This document shows positions 49,850 to 63,013 of a DNA stretch of 64,000 nucleotides, piece by piece (within the stretch, counting starts at the first letter, position 1; every line of letters starts with the position of its first letter). The position numbers and the translations under genes are program-made. The stretch spans positions 55,565,820 to 55,629,819 of the forward strand of contig NC_068989.1 in assembly GCF_001194135.2 (NCBI RefSeq), in the 5' to 3' direction. This DNA comes from Octopus bimaculoides (taxonomy: Eukaryota). The notes under the pieces were generated by a model. The model did not search any database. It saw only the letters and a list, made by a program, of their open reading frames with translations, and had not been told where the DNA came from.

Positions 49850-50122
49850 CACAAATTAACATTTAAGCTGTTGGAAAAGATAAGTTCTAGTAAAAAGATG
49901 GGAATTTGAAATAAATTTAAATAGCTAATAAAGGAAGACAAAAATAGGATTGTTCTTAAATAGTTATGAGATGTCTGTGAAAATGTCTGGAACTCTCTTA
50001 GAGCCCTGCCCACTTTTCAAGACAGCAATATTTTAATAGGTCAACCTCCAGTCGCTGTTTCCAGCTATGTACCAGGTTGGAGTTTGGGCGTTTCTTGTAA
50101 GCTTTACCAAGATCGTACAATA

Positions 50123-50337
50123 CCCCGTTAGCATTCAGATTACTCCATCTGGTGTGATGTCTATCTATTCACATTGCTCTGAATTACTCAGGGATTATCT
50201 TGTAGCTTTGAGATTTCAAAGATTGTTTATTTTTAGAATGGCATTGTAAGGTGGGTGTGAAAGGCAAGATCTGGCCAGTTTGAACATAAAACAGGTAGAC
50301 TATTTGGGCTGGATGTGGTTAATTCAATGTATTAGGC
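50123..50337. mobile_element. diverged copy of the piggyBac-type MITE
   Basis: Internal match to 2388-2610. Confidence 0.7.
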
Positions 50338-50915
50338 TTCATCAAAGATTGTGGTTTAGTTGATTAATACCTTGAAAAGAACACTGGAGTTTCATAATAA
50401 CAAAAAAAAAAGTAGTCAAAATTATTATTATTCAGGTTATGAGTTAATTTGATAGACAGAATCTGAAAGAAGCCTGTCATGTAGATATGTAAGTGTGCAT
50501 GTGTGTGTGTTAATGTCTTCTTCTCTTGACAACATGCAATAGTTGTAAACAAGCATCACCATTATACAAGCAGTGTTGTCTGCTTCCAATCTTCCATGAA
50601 AATAAATCCAGCCATGAGTTAAATATTATTTTACACAAACAAATAATGGCTAGCAACAAGAGGGGCCTCTAACCATGGAAAATTTGCATCAACAAATTCT
50701 GTCTAATTCATGAAAGCATAGAAAAATGAACTTTAAAATGGTGATAATAATACACAATATGGGTACAGGCAAAGGTGTGTGGTTAAGAAGGTCACCTTCT
50801 GAACATGTGGTTTCAGTTTCAGTCTTGCTGCATTGTACCGTTGGGAAGTGTCTTCTACTCTAGACCCAGGGGCAACCCAAGCCTTTTGAATGAATTTGGG
50901 AGACAAATACTGAAA

Positions 50916-50922
<7 letters not shown>

Positions 50923-50963
<41 letters not shown>

Positions 50964-50975
50964 CGTGTGTGTGTG

Positions 50976-51046
<71 letters not shown>
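50923..51046. repeat. long (GT)n microsatellite following a SINE B 5' half (50765-50922)
   Basis: Direct reading. Confidence 0.95.
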
Positions 51047-51047
<1 letters not shown>

Positions 51048-51514
51048 CATTATCATCATTTGACATCTGTCTTCCATGCTGGAATAGGTTAGATGGTTTG
51101 ACAGGAGCTAGTAAGTTAGATGGTTTGACAGGAGCTAGTAAGCCAGAGGATTGCACCAAGCTCTGTTTTGGCATGGTTTTTATAGCTGGGTGCCCTTCCT
51201 AACATTAACCACTTTGCAATGTGTGTGTGCTCACATATTATAAGTCTGTGCATTTGTTTACATTCACACTCTATGAAAGTTGCTCACTGCAAGTGGTGGT
51301 GGTGGTTGTTGTCACTTCTCCCATCAACAACCAAGGCACTCACTTAGCACAGTCAAAGTCATGTGAAATAAAAGATCCCTTATTTGTAAAACATGGCTTA
51401 GCAACAGGAAGGGTATCCAGCTATAAAAAACAATACCTGAATAATATATTCCTCTAACACATGCTAGCATGGAAAAAAAAAATTGATGTACAAACAAGTA
51501 TATATATTTTATCT

Positions 51515-51990
51515 CTTACTTGTTCTAGTCATTGAACTGTTGCAATGCTGGAGCACTACCTGGAAGGTTTACTTGAATAAATGGACCATTGTACTTATTT
51601 TTTATATTTAAGTCTAGTACTTATTCGACTGGCCTCTTTTGCCGAGCCACTAGATTACAGGGATATAAACAAACAGCACTAGCTATCAAGCAGTGGTGGG
51701 GGATACATACAAACACAAAAACGCACATACCTAGATATACACATATATTGTTGTATACCATCTGATGAAATCAGTTCTTCTTGGCCAAAGCTTCATTCCA
51801 CTTTGGTGAGCAGAAAAGAAGAACCTTCCTCTAGGTGTTATCAAAAAGAAAATCTATATATATGTCCACCTTCTTTCAGTTTCTATCTACCATGTCCACT
51901 CACAAGGATTTGGTCAGTTCAGAGCTATAGTAGAACACACTTGCCCAAGAACCATGTGGAATGGGAAGCAAATTTTTTACCATGCAACCA
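51515..51990 (-). mobile_element. SINE family B with an internal insertion
   Basis: Tail (reverse complement) at 51515-51720, head at 51865-51990, unrelated segment at 51765-51860. Confidence 0.7.
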
Positions 51991-52034
51991 CATTTGTGCT
52001 TTATATANNNNNNNNNNATATATATATATATACA

Positions 52035-52319
52035 CAGTAATGCCATGATATACAAGGTAATCTGTTTCCGGAGACTGCTCATAAAGTGGAAACTCAAAGC
52101 AGAGCACTAATTTCCCACAGTAGCAATGAACATTTTTTGCCGTCACTTTACTTGGTTGCTATATGCAGCTGTGTAGCTGTGTCAGAACCAGCATTACCAC
52201 ACGTTGTGACATTGCCACACACACAAAATGGCTGTTTAACCTTTTTATATTTATTATAAAATAAAATTTGTAAACCTGGGGTTTTGTAAAGTGGATCCTC
52301 ATAAAGTGAGGTATTACTG
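52035..52319. mobile_element. Tigger/pogo-like MITE
   Basis: CAGTAATGCC ... GAGGTATTACTG|TA termini. Confidence 0.5.
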
Positions 52320-54104
52320 TATATACATACACACACACAGAAAAAGACTGTGTTAAAGTAAAGCAGTGCATTTTTGTTATATCATATATAATACTCATTC
52401 ATATAAAATGATATTGCTAAAATCCTCAAATATTACTTTATACGACTAAAGAAGCATAGAAACACAGAGCAGATATTTTTGGATATCATATACAGTGTAC
52501 TATCCAGTCACAGCTGAAATTGATTTTTCAAATAGTTATATCACATTATTAAGGCTTATCACCATAAACAACAATAACTTAATATATGAATTTTTCACAG
52601 CTGGTACAAGCTGAAGAAATTTGCTAAAAAAAATTCTGTCATTCTATGCACCCTTAAATTTTATCATCCAGATTGATAAGAATTGAAAATAAGATAGAGA
52701 AACCGAAAATCTAATTTGTGAATCATACCTTTCTGAAATTTAATCTACGTATCTAATCCAAGATTTATATTTTCTCTCCTTCCTCCATTTGTTTAGCATC
52801 TGATTCTACCATTTGGTGATAATTTGCATCTACTATTTGAATAAACCAACAAATTGTAACTGATCTTCCTCACAAAACCAGTTTTGATTCATGTAAATAA
52901 TACTTTTAATTTCGCCAAAGAAATACAGTTCTACATGGTAAGTGTGTAAACATAAATTCCAAACTGAGGGTAGTACATGATCTGAAAACCTCCCCAGTCA
53001 CCCATTCAAACCATATATGCATATAAAGTAAACCAAAATTTCACTAAATTCTCCTCTCAATTTCTTTATCATTTAACATATATTCATGGACATTTAAGAA
53101 AACTTTCTATTGAATTGCAGAATATCCTATACATTTTCAATCTTATTCCTAACAAGAACTACATAAATTAATATTAACATCAGTTTTGTTAAAGAAATCA
53201 TTATTATTTAATCATCACCAATATAAAATCATTAAATTTCAGTTTTTACATGAATACTAACAATTTAGAAATAAATCTTATTCTTTGAATTTATTAGAAT
53301 ATAATTCTGGAAGACAAATACAAACATGAAGACATACATACAAAAATATATACATATATTAATATATGATGTGCTTCTTTCAGTTTCTGCCAACCAAATC
53401 CATTCCCAAGATTTTGGTCAGACTGAGGCTATAGTAGAATACATTTGTCCAAGGTGCTGCACAATTAGTTAGTCAACAAGATGACAGACTGCTAATTAAA
53501 GAGCTATGACAGTTCTATCCTTTCACTATACAAACTCACTCCTCCAAAATATAAATAAGTACCATAGGTAAGTATAACTGACTATGATGAAGGGTGAGAG
53601 TAGTATATAATGAATGAGTTGCTTTGTTAGAGTGCAGTTAAATACCAACTAGATGCCTCCCCAATGTAACAGAATCAATAGTTAATTTTGATGAAACAAA
53701 CTTACTTCATGCTATGAACGAGAAGGCATAATTAAAGGCACTATGAACGAGAAGGCATAATTAAATCTTTTATAGTGGCATATCACACACAACAGTTTAA
53801 TATTTGCAAGACTGTAATAGACAAACAGTGAATGACTTTTAAAGACATATAAGACTGAAGTTTATAAAATAAGGAAACAGCTTTAAAGAAACATATTTTC
53901 CACTGTTTCAATAGGTTTGCAGAAGCTGAAAACAAGTGGTCAGCCAGTTAAATAGAAATAGCAGCCCAAATTCCCTGTACAAACAGGAAAGATCAAATCA
54001 GTTACATCTCTCTTGTAAACATTTTTAAGAAATATGGAAACAAATAGGGTAGTGACAACTTATCTTTCATTTCAGTTTCACAACTGAATGATAATAATAA
54101 TAAT

Positions 54105-54327
54105 AATGGTTTCATATTTTGCCACAAGAGCAGCCATTTTGGAGGAGGGGATAAGCTGATTACATTGACCCCAGTGTTTCACTGTACTTATTTTATCAAC
54201 CCTGAAAGGATGAAAGGCAAAGTCAACTTCAGCGGAATCTGAACTCAGAACGTAGCGACAGACGAAACATTGCTAAAGCTAATCATTTCGCCTGGCATGC
54301 TAATGATTCAGCCAGCTCACCGCCTTA
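54105..54327 (-). mobile_element. SINE family C flanked by (AAT)n
   Basis: GGAATCTGAACTCAGAACG...GCCAGCTCACCGCC is the reverse complement of the head. Confidence 0.85.
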
Positions 54328-55398
54328 ATAATAATAATAATCTTGCTCCAGCAATAAGACTTTGAAACAAATGGAATCAATATTGTTACAGCATTTATGA
54401 TTTTAAAGAAATGAAGACAATGTTGTTCTTATATAGATAGGAAAATTTATCACCAATTTTCACCTACCTCAAGCTTTATCTGTATCATTTACAGCAAATC
54501 AAAGCACTCTTACATTATGGAACCACAAATTAATGTGAATATCATTTTTAGAAAAGTGAAAACAGTATGTTATATTGTCAGATGTTGCTATTAGTGAGAA
54601 GCGTTTAAATATATATAAAAGATCTAAAGATATATGTAATTTTCACAAAACATATTTCCCAAAGTTTGATATTTACTAAGCCCAATTAGATGAATAAAAA
54701 TTATTCTAAAAAAACTTTTGTAGAGATAAAAAAAAAAACTCCAAGCACTTTCTCGAATTTTCTGTTTGTGGCAATTTGCTCATTAGTAAAAAAAAAAAAA
54801 ATTAGGATTTCAGAATTTTTGACAAAGAATTATAGTATATATGGACTCTGTAAATCTGAGGATGTAGATGTGTCTCTACATCTACAATATTTTAAGGTGA
54901 TGTTGAGTCACACTATTATTAAATACTTATGACCCCAACTAATTGTATAAAGTGATACTTCCATCATTTGTCCATTTACACTCTCTCTGTTTGTATGGAA
55001 CATATATACATATATACATACACCTTATATATACATGTATACCTTACCCTACAAGCAAATATTCCACATACTGTGGGGCCTTCTTTGTTCCCACTCCAAG
55101 GGCCATAATGCCAATGAACTTGAAAAACTTTTTCAACCCGTTTTCACTAGGACAAGAACTTACTGCTGTTTTTACAAAAGCCATAAGATCAATTGGCTAA
55201 AATGTGACATTTTTAAACCTTCAGTGGCAAAGAACCCAAACCACATAATATTCTTTTCATCCCTCTCTGATGATTGGCGAGATTATCTCATCTCATCTGG
55301 TATGAAACTGATTGGTAAAGTGGCTGACATGGCAATATGATATTGTATTTAATTAACTAATTAATTAATAAATAATAATAATCATAATTAATATATAT

Positions 55399-55402
<4 letters not shown>

Positions 55403-55449
<47 letters not shown>

Positions 55450-55543
55450 NNNNNNNNNNNNNNNNNNNNNNNNNNNNNNNNNNNNNNNNNNNNNNNNNNN
55501 NNNNNNNNNNNNNNNNAGAGAGAGAGAGGGAGAGAGAGAGAGA

Positions 55544-55578
<35 letters not shown>
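55403..55578. repeat. (GA)n microsatellite with an internal gap
   Basis: Direct reading. Confidence 0.95.
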
Positions 55579-55583
<5 letters not shown>

Positions 55584-56423
55584 AAAAATTATTCTGCAAA
55601 TAATTTCGCAAATTTGAAGTTATTTGAAATTTTAATTTTAGAATTTGCTTAAAATTAAACTTTACAATAAATGCCAAGAATAAATTAAAATGTAGTTTTG
55701 AAAGCCAACGATTAAAACCAAAAAATATGTCTAAATACAAATGGTATCTCCTAGTGAAATCAATACGGAAATCAGTGAGCCTAGATTTTCTTTTACAGCA
55801 ACATACTAAATAGTAGCAGGTCCAAACTTTGTTACTGTCTCAAGAATTAACAGAAAATTAACAGGTGCAGCAGTAAGTATAAACAGAGATTATTTAAACA
55901 CGTGCACCTGCAACCTATAACATTGTGTAACAATTTTTTTTTTTCTGTCTTGGGTCAGTAAATATTATTTTCTATTTGCTGCTATCTAGAAATCAAAGAA
56001 AACGATTATTATTCCCTTCAAACTTTACTTTTGTAACCTGGACATCAATACTTTAAAACTGACCTATTTTCCATTACATTTCAGACAGATTCAACACTGA
56101 GTTGTTGAAGTAGAAATATCGTTATAGCAAATTTTCTGCTCAATACCACAGATTTGCTTGTCAGTTGTTTGACCATAACCACTTGAGCATGTCCTTTAGT
56201 GGCTGACAATATGTGCATCTCTATCATAGCCATGTGTTGAGAGGGATTATTTGGGGTTTGAATAAATATCATAACAAAAGTAAATAGGAAATAACAGTTG
56301 CTGCCCAAAGATGAAAATAGTGTTACATAGTGTAATACAGATAAATTAGTTGCAGAGAACAATACAGCGAGGCTTGATAAAGTTTGGTGTAATGTGCATG
56401 CATAAAAATTCACATACAAATAC

Positions 56424-56483
56424 TTTGATACAGAAACAGTCATAACAAGCAACAGCAAGTGCGAATAGGTTAATTTCTTTAGC
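56424..56483 (-). CDS. candidate 60-nt exon (LKKLTYSHLLLLVMTVSVS), at the start of a 136-codon open frame
   Basis: Strong acceptor ctattgattttgtttgtctag; donor gtattt, or gtatgt 6 nt downstream; frame ambiguous. Confidence 0.22.
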
Positions 56484-56846
56484 CTAGACAAACAAAATCA
56501 ATAGAAAATGTTCTGGTTTCAGTGATTTTTATAAGATTAGTCTTGATGAATTGTTTCCATCTGAATACTCTGCTTAAAAATCAACCAACTAACCATAAAG
56601 TGAATGGTGTTTTATTAATCAACAAAGTAAACTGAAATGCATGTGTTGTTGAAGGTAAACAGCAACACAGGCAAGAGGCAGGATTTGTATCTGACTATAT
56701 ATGACGGCTTCATTGGTTAATGATTGTAAATGATCTTTAAAAAATATAGAGTTGATATTTTTTACAATGCTTAGAGATATCAATAGATTACATACTATAA
56801 TGGATCTAAAACAAAACAAGAAATATAATAACATATGTATAAAATA

Positions 56847-58101
56847 TTGGGTCATCCCATAAATAATATGGTGTTTTCAATTGCATGAACTAAAAGTCGG
56901 AGGGGGATGGGATAAACTACCTGCATCAACTTGCTATAAAAGCAGGAAGTAATTTTACCTTGTACTTATTCTTAGTGCAAGTTTTGAAGAATGCAGTTCA
57001 ATTTTAACAGTTCTTTATTCAAAGCTATAATGGAAGTTGCAAAGGAGCATATTCGGCATATTTTGCTTTATGAGTTCAATAAAGGTAACAACACAACAGA
57101 AAGTGCAAGGAGTATTAATACAGTATAGGGGGATCAGACAATAAGCATAAGCCAGTGTCAACGGTGATTGCAGAAATTCCAAGCCAGAAACTGCAGCCTA
57201 GAAGACGTGCTTCGTCCTGGAAGATCTGTAGAGCTCAACAAGGATGTCCTGCAAAGCTAATGGAACAAAATCCCATTGTAACTGTTGAGGAACTAGCAAA
57301 GAAGCTTGACAACTGCATGACATCAGAAAAATCAGCAAATTGCGACGATGGGCTCCTCACAAACTTTCCGAGTCTAACCACACGCAGAGAGTGAATGTGT
57401 GCTCTCCTTTGCTGTCATATCTCACGAATGAACCTTTTTTCAACCGAATAGTGACTGGTGATGAGAAATGGGTACTCTGTAAAAAGTGCCGAAGACAGTG
57501 GGTAGGGAAAGGAGAAACACTGGCACCCCAAGCTAAAGAAGGTCTTCACCCACATATGATGCTGTTATCTGTTTGGTGGGATATGAAATGTTTAGCCCAC
57601 TTTGAAATTTTAAACCTAAACCAAATGATAACAAAGGAGATCTGCCGCAAGTAGCTTGAGCAGCTTCAGTCAGTGCTAGAAGGAAAACTATAATCTTTGG
57701 TTTCAAGATGAAAGGTGTTCCATCAGGATAATGCTCAGCCACATACAGCGAAGATGACATTCCAAAGTCTGGAGCGGTTTGAATGGGAAACAATGCCCCA
57801 CCCACCAAATTCGCCAGACATTGCCCCATCTGATTATCATGTAGTCTGCAGTCTTCAAAATCATTTGGACAGAAAAAATATGAATTCTGTAGATGAGGTC
57901 AAAACAGTACGGGAAGAGTATTTTTCATCACAGGTAAGTGAATTTTGGAAGAGGGTCCTTGCAAGTCTACTAGATAGATGGAAGAGCATTGTAGAAAATG
58001 AAGGAGAGTATATTTTAGATTAAAAAAGAACTTTGTATACCTTAATTTTGAAAAATAAAAGAAGTATAAAAAAAAACAGCATTATTTATGGGATGATCAA
58101 T
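56847..58101 (+). mobile_element. full-length decayed mariner (DD34D) DNA transposon
   Basis: TA|TTGGGTCATCCCATAAATAAT left TIR and ATTATTTATGGGATGATCAAT|TA right TIR; about 1.25 kb. Confidence 0.95.
57030..58023 (+). pseudogene. mariner transposase pseudogene (stops and frameshifts)
   Basis: MEVAKEHIRHILLYEFNKG start, WAPHKLSE (WVPHEL motif), IVTGDEKWV, HQDNAQPH, HPPNSPDIAPSDYH with 34 residues between D2 and D3; ends GEYILD*. Confidence 0.93.
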
Positions 58102-58420
58102 TATATAGGCTTATAAACAAATGCATACAGTATAATTGATGTTTTATAGTCAGAGTTAATTTAGGCTTTTATATTCTGTGGAACTTTCAAAAACAAGATT
58201 TAAACAAAAAAGGCTGACAGACAGAAGAGACGTTCCTCTGTTGTTGATCACTTGTAGAAATCAAGTATGGTATAAGTTGGCTGTACACATGTAAACTGGT
58301 TACACAATAATACAAACATTTTCAGATTGAAAGTCCACTTCACACATGGAAGAATCATAGTCAAAGGCAATAATAGCCCAATCCACATAGCCCCCACATC
58401 TACATGGTCCTCACACTCAC

Positions 58421-58523
58421 ATTCACAAACACCTACACACATCAGCAACACACAAGAATATTCCGGCTTCAGAGCTATATCGGTCGGTAGCTGGTACAAC
58501 CAGGTGGTGACTCGGAGAATGTC
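58421..58523 (-). CDS. candidate GC/CpG-rich exon (DILRVTTWLYQLPTDIALKPEYSCVLL...)
   Basis: Acceptor gcacatatctacag, open frame, several possible donors (gtgtgt at 58453 or 58440, gtgagt at 58420). Confidence 0.27.
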
Positions 58524-58830
58524 CTGTAGATATGTGCAACAACTGCAATATAAGCTAGCGCATCAATAAAATAAGCAACTGTGGATAAAGAGCAGCAAAA
58601 CCATCAAGGCACAGTGGGCCAGTACTAAGAAGCTGGGCCTAAAAAACACTGCAGAAATCCTATGATGGTTCTGTGACATGGTAGGTGAAGGAACCTTCAA
58701 ATAACCTTGATGTTCATTAGGTAGGCCCAGATAAAGACAAAACCCAACAGCTCCTTTTTGTTTCCTATGTCCCATTGTGTTGCATTTTCATTTGCCAAGT
58801 GGATAATTGGCAGTCAGGCCTGAGTAATGC

Positions 58831-59094
58831 TTAAAGGTAAAAAGGTAAAGTTTCTTTCCTGTGTCAGGCCAACTCATAAGAACCAGTTTCCTGGTTTCCA
58901 TGGCGAATATATTCCCCACCTGGATCGCGCACCAGTCTGTTGCAGGATTACTCATTTTTGTCAGCTGAGTGGGCTGGAACAGCATGAAATGAAGCGTTTT
59001 GCTCAAGAATACAATTTGTCACCTAGCCCAGGAATCGAAACCACAATCTTACAATCATGAGTCTGACACCCTAACCACTAACCCACATGCCTCC
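58831..59094 (-). mobile_element. SINE family A (CORE-type)
   Basis: Reverse-complement homologue of 8604-8840. Confidence 0.8.
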
Positions 59095-59306
59095 ACTGAG
59101 GAGGACCATCATAAATAATTCTCTGTGCTGGCATTACCATTATTTTTTTTTTTTTCTTCATATCTCAAGTCCTACAAGTGACAAGAATAATCATGGATGA
59201 TAATGATGAATGTATTCTAGCATGAAACTTGCATGTATGGTGGGTTTAGTGTGATGGATATTTCGAAATTAAAAAAACAAAAGGAAAACAACATCAAGAA
59301 CATTAA

Positions 59307-59515
59307 CCCTTTTGACATTCAGATTTCTTTGTCAAATGTATTACTTATTTACTCACACTGTTTTGAATTAATCACACATTATCTTGTAGCTTTAAGATTT
59401 CAATGAGTGTTTGTATATTTTTAGAATGACATTGTAGGATAGGTGTGAGAGGATGGATCTTGTCAGTTTTAACATAAAACAGGTAAAGTATATGGCCAGA
59501 TTAAATGCTAAAGGG
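59307..59515. mobile_element. piggyBac-type MITE
   Basis: TTAA|CCCTTTTGACATT ... AATGCTAAAGGG|TTAA. Confidence 0.85.
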
Positions 59516-60765
59516 TTAAAACCTTACCCTACAATCACTATTATTCCAACTAGATCCAGAAGCAAATAATTACATGAAAAGGAAGTAGCTGAATGCCAAT
59601 CAAGTCCATTTTTGCTTTGGTCACCACCTGAGCTTTCAGTCATACAATAGACTTGACAGAAAACCATATGAAATACATTATAACTGCTATAGTATACACC
59701 ACTAAATGATCAAATATACAGTGTGATATTGTACAAGATTTAAGCATGAAATTATTGGAATGAAAGTTCTATGAGTTACTCTCAAGTTCATTTCAAATCT
59801 TTAGATTACTTATATACCAGTGCTTGCAATAAGCTATGACTGTTTTTACTTTATGGTTATATATGTTAGAAGTGGGATGAGAGAGTGAAAGTGAAGATGG
59901 GTGGGCAAGAGATCAGCTGTTATTCAACTCTGAATACTATTGTTATTTAAGTGGGCAAGTCTGACATGAAAACTTTAATATGGAGACACAGATGGATTGA
60001 TAGTCTCTCCATGGCTCTTCAAAAAGAATGATGTATATTCAATATTACGAACACCACAGTCATTAAACCACTCTCAGCCAACATATACAGATTTGTTTTC
60101 AATACTGAAACTTGACATCAGTATAATACTCTACTATAGAACTAACATATGCTCTTTCTCACTCACATTTACACAAATACAAGCAGGAATTTGATAATAA
60201 ACTATAATAAAAAAAAAACATTTTGAAGTGTTAATGATCATGGTTAAGTTTAATCATAAACTTCTAAACTTCATAGTCATCAAGGACACAAAATGCAAGC
60301 TCAAATGAATCAATCTACAGTTCCTATTTTATATATATTATCTTATCATCAACATACAGCTAAGGTGTGGGGGCATGCACCATTACAGCACATTGCTGCA
60401 TTTACCATTTGTCAGTGTGTTCCCAGGTTCTCCTGGGTGACCCATTGAGCAAAGTCCGAGTTTGTCCCCATCTTCACGAGATACCTCCTCATCTGGCATG
60501 ACCATATGGCATGTAGTCAACCAACATGAGTCATCAACCCAGCTGGATTCTCAGTGAAGAGAACATTTTGACTATTATGGCAGTGGTTTGAAGAGCCCAA
60601 AATATACACTTTCTGTTTTCATCTCAATTTTGTGCCACTATTTCTGAGACCCCCAAGTTTTCATGTTAACTACTTATTTCCAAATCTGTCTTGGTTAACA
60701 TTTATAAGGGAACGGAACAATTTACTGAATTCATTTTCAAACAGCAACATTTAGCACCCTCATAC

Positions 60766-60814
<49 letters not shown>

Positions 60815-60869
60815 AGTGAGTGAACAAATGAAAGAAGGGCACTCAACAAGTTTACTTTGCCTCCAAGAG

Positions 60870-61080
60870 ACCCAACACTCGAAAGGAACTCAAGCCACTT
60901 TTGCCTCCGTGAGGCCCAATGCTTGAAAAGAACACCGTCACTTTGCCTCCTCCATAAAGCCCAATGCTCCAACAGTGCTCTTTACATGCCACTGGCACAG
61001 GTGCCAGTTACATGACACCAATATCAGCCATGACTATGATTTCACTTGGCTTGACAGGTCTTCTCAAGCACAGCATAGCA
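60870..61080 (-). mobile_element. RTE-associated element fragment with about three 43-45-bp subrepeats
   Basis: ACTTTGCCTCC....CCCAA repeated; CTTTACATGCCAC is the reverse complement of the GTGGCATGTAAA motif of the RTE tail. Confidence 0.55.
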
Positions 61081-61084
61081 TGCA

Positions 61085-61118
<34 letters not shown>

Positions 61119-61214
61119 TTTGTGTGTGTGTGTGTGTGTATGTGTGTGTGTGTGTGTGTTCACACACACATAGCCTCAACAGCTCCCATGAAATGATGAT
61201 TCAGAATTAGCTTT

Positions 61215-61540
61215 CTCACCACCCATATAGCTAGATCAGGGAGTCTCTCCAGGTCAAGCTCTCTGGTTTGAGAGGTCACAGCTCAAGTACTATGGACATG
61301 CAGGAAAGAAACACAAAGTAGATTCTTCAAGTCAAGTCAACTTGGCAGGAGACTTAGGAGAAGACCAAGAATGAGATGGTTGGAATAATCTCTATAGCCT
61401 CAGATGGTCTCATGCTTGGGAATTCAGTAGGAAAGTGTAATGACAGATGCTTCTTACAGGATCCTATAGAGAGTGCCTGAGGACTCTATCCCTACAACCC
61501 TTCAGGAACAGTGGGCAGAGAAGATGGATGGATGGATTAC
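61215..61540 (+). mobile_element. 3' end of an Expander/Rex3-like RTE LINE
   Basis: Homologous to the reverse complement of 21090-21560; ends in (GGAT)n. Confidence 0.7.
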
Positions 61541-62783
61541 CCACCAGACTGTAGAGAGTGAAACCTACCAAAATGTTATTTGCAAACACTGCTACAAAGT
61601 GTTTGGAAAATACAATTTAGATGATTGAATAGATCAGCTAGCTCTTCATTGGTTAGATTACTTGAGTCAGTATTCAATTCTAACAGTCAATATCAGTTAC
61701 TTTAGAATCTAGATACCAAATAAAGCCATCAAGTAATTTCTGAAATAATATGTACATATTGTTATGAAACAGTGCACTAACAGGATATTCAAGTCTTTCC
61801 CCAATGAGTGAAGCAGTAGTTCTAACAGAGAATGAGAACTGAACTAAGAATTCCATTTATCATGGATTTATTCCATGGTCTTAACAGTTACGAGAGTAAC
61901 TGCTGAAGCAGTTACAAAAATTTCTGAAAGAGTTACAAAACCAATGACAAGTATAGTCTTGTCCAGGGACACAGCAATAAGCCTTAAAATATGATACATG
62001 TCTAACTTTATCTTTCTGGCCATCATGCTTCTTTATAATGAGATTGATTAACCTCTTGATCAGAAATATTTCAATGCACAATCTATGTGTTTTTAAAGTC
62101 ATTTGTGGAATAAACAAACATTTATGTGTATTGAGTAAACTCAAATATAGAGTCTCTTTCACTTTTACAAGAACATTTATTCATTAAGATTAATAAAATA
62201 GACAATAAGCATTTTGTGTCAATAACACACTTTACACCTTAATTTAGATTAACCTAAAAAAATTTGCCCAGATTTCTGTCTCTCTCATAATTATTACCTA
62301 TGTAAATTTAAAACTGTTTTCCTTTAGAACATCAAGAATGAGAATTTCAAATAATATTATTCCTTCATGAGAAGAGATATATAACATTACTGTGTTCAAG
62401 ACCATTACTACTTGCAGCATTTATAATGGTTCATAAATATAGGTTCAGTAAATAAATTACAAGTATGTATAAAAAAATGATCTTGTCAAAGTATTTTCAA
62501 AGGACTTTTGCTACATATGAAGATGTGTAAATTGCTAAATTCTCTGAATATATAAACAGTTCACCATTTAGTTTTACTAAGAATTATTCAGAGACAATAT
62601 TTCAGTTTTTATAATGTTATTGGGCATGGGAGATAATTCCTCTTAGATCAGGAGTTAATTTAGCCAGATGAGATTCTACTTTATCGTCTGGTTAGTGTCA
62701 GGAAGGGCATTCAGCTATAGAAATCATGCCAAAAAATGTCAGCATGAAAAGTAGACATAAAAATTATAATGATAATATATTAA

Positions 62784-63013
62784 CCCTTTAGCGTCCAGAT
62801 TATTCTATCAAATGAAATGCTTATTTATTCACATTGTTTTAAATTAATCATGCACTATTTTGTAGCTTTGAGACTCTGATGATTTGAACATTTGTTTTTT
62901 GACTGACATTGTAAAGTAGGTGTGAGAGGCAAGATCTGGCGAGTTTGAACTTAAAACAGGTAGGATATTTTGGCCTATCTTGGCAAGATGTGGCTGGTTT
63001 AAATGCTAAAGGA
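62784..63013. mobile_element. piggyBac-type MITE
   Basis: TTAA|CCCTTTAGCGT ... AATGCTAAAGGA|TTAA. Confidence 0.85.

Noticed and set aside
52720-53310. Coding-looking minus segment, considered as a large exon or an alternative genetic code
   Set aside because: Stops of all three types in every frame, so no single reassignment opens it; no recognisable motif despite a good gtatga donor at 52728.
53712-53765. 25-bp direct repeat with a 4-bp spacer
   Set aside because: Simple local duplication; similar ones at 6578-6629 (26 bp) and 51088-51141 (27 bp).
61881-62162. 93-aa Cys-rich minus ORF
   Set aside because: No coherent motif or convincing splice sites; the Cys pattern comes from the repeated GTAAC motifs.
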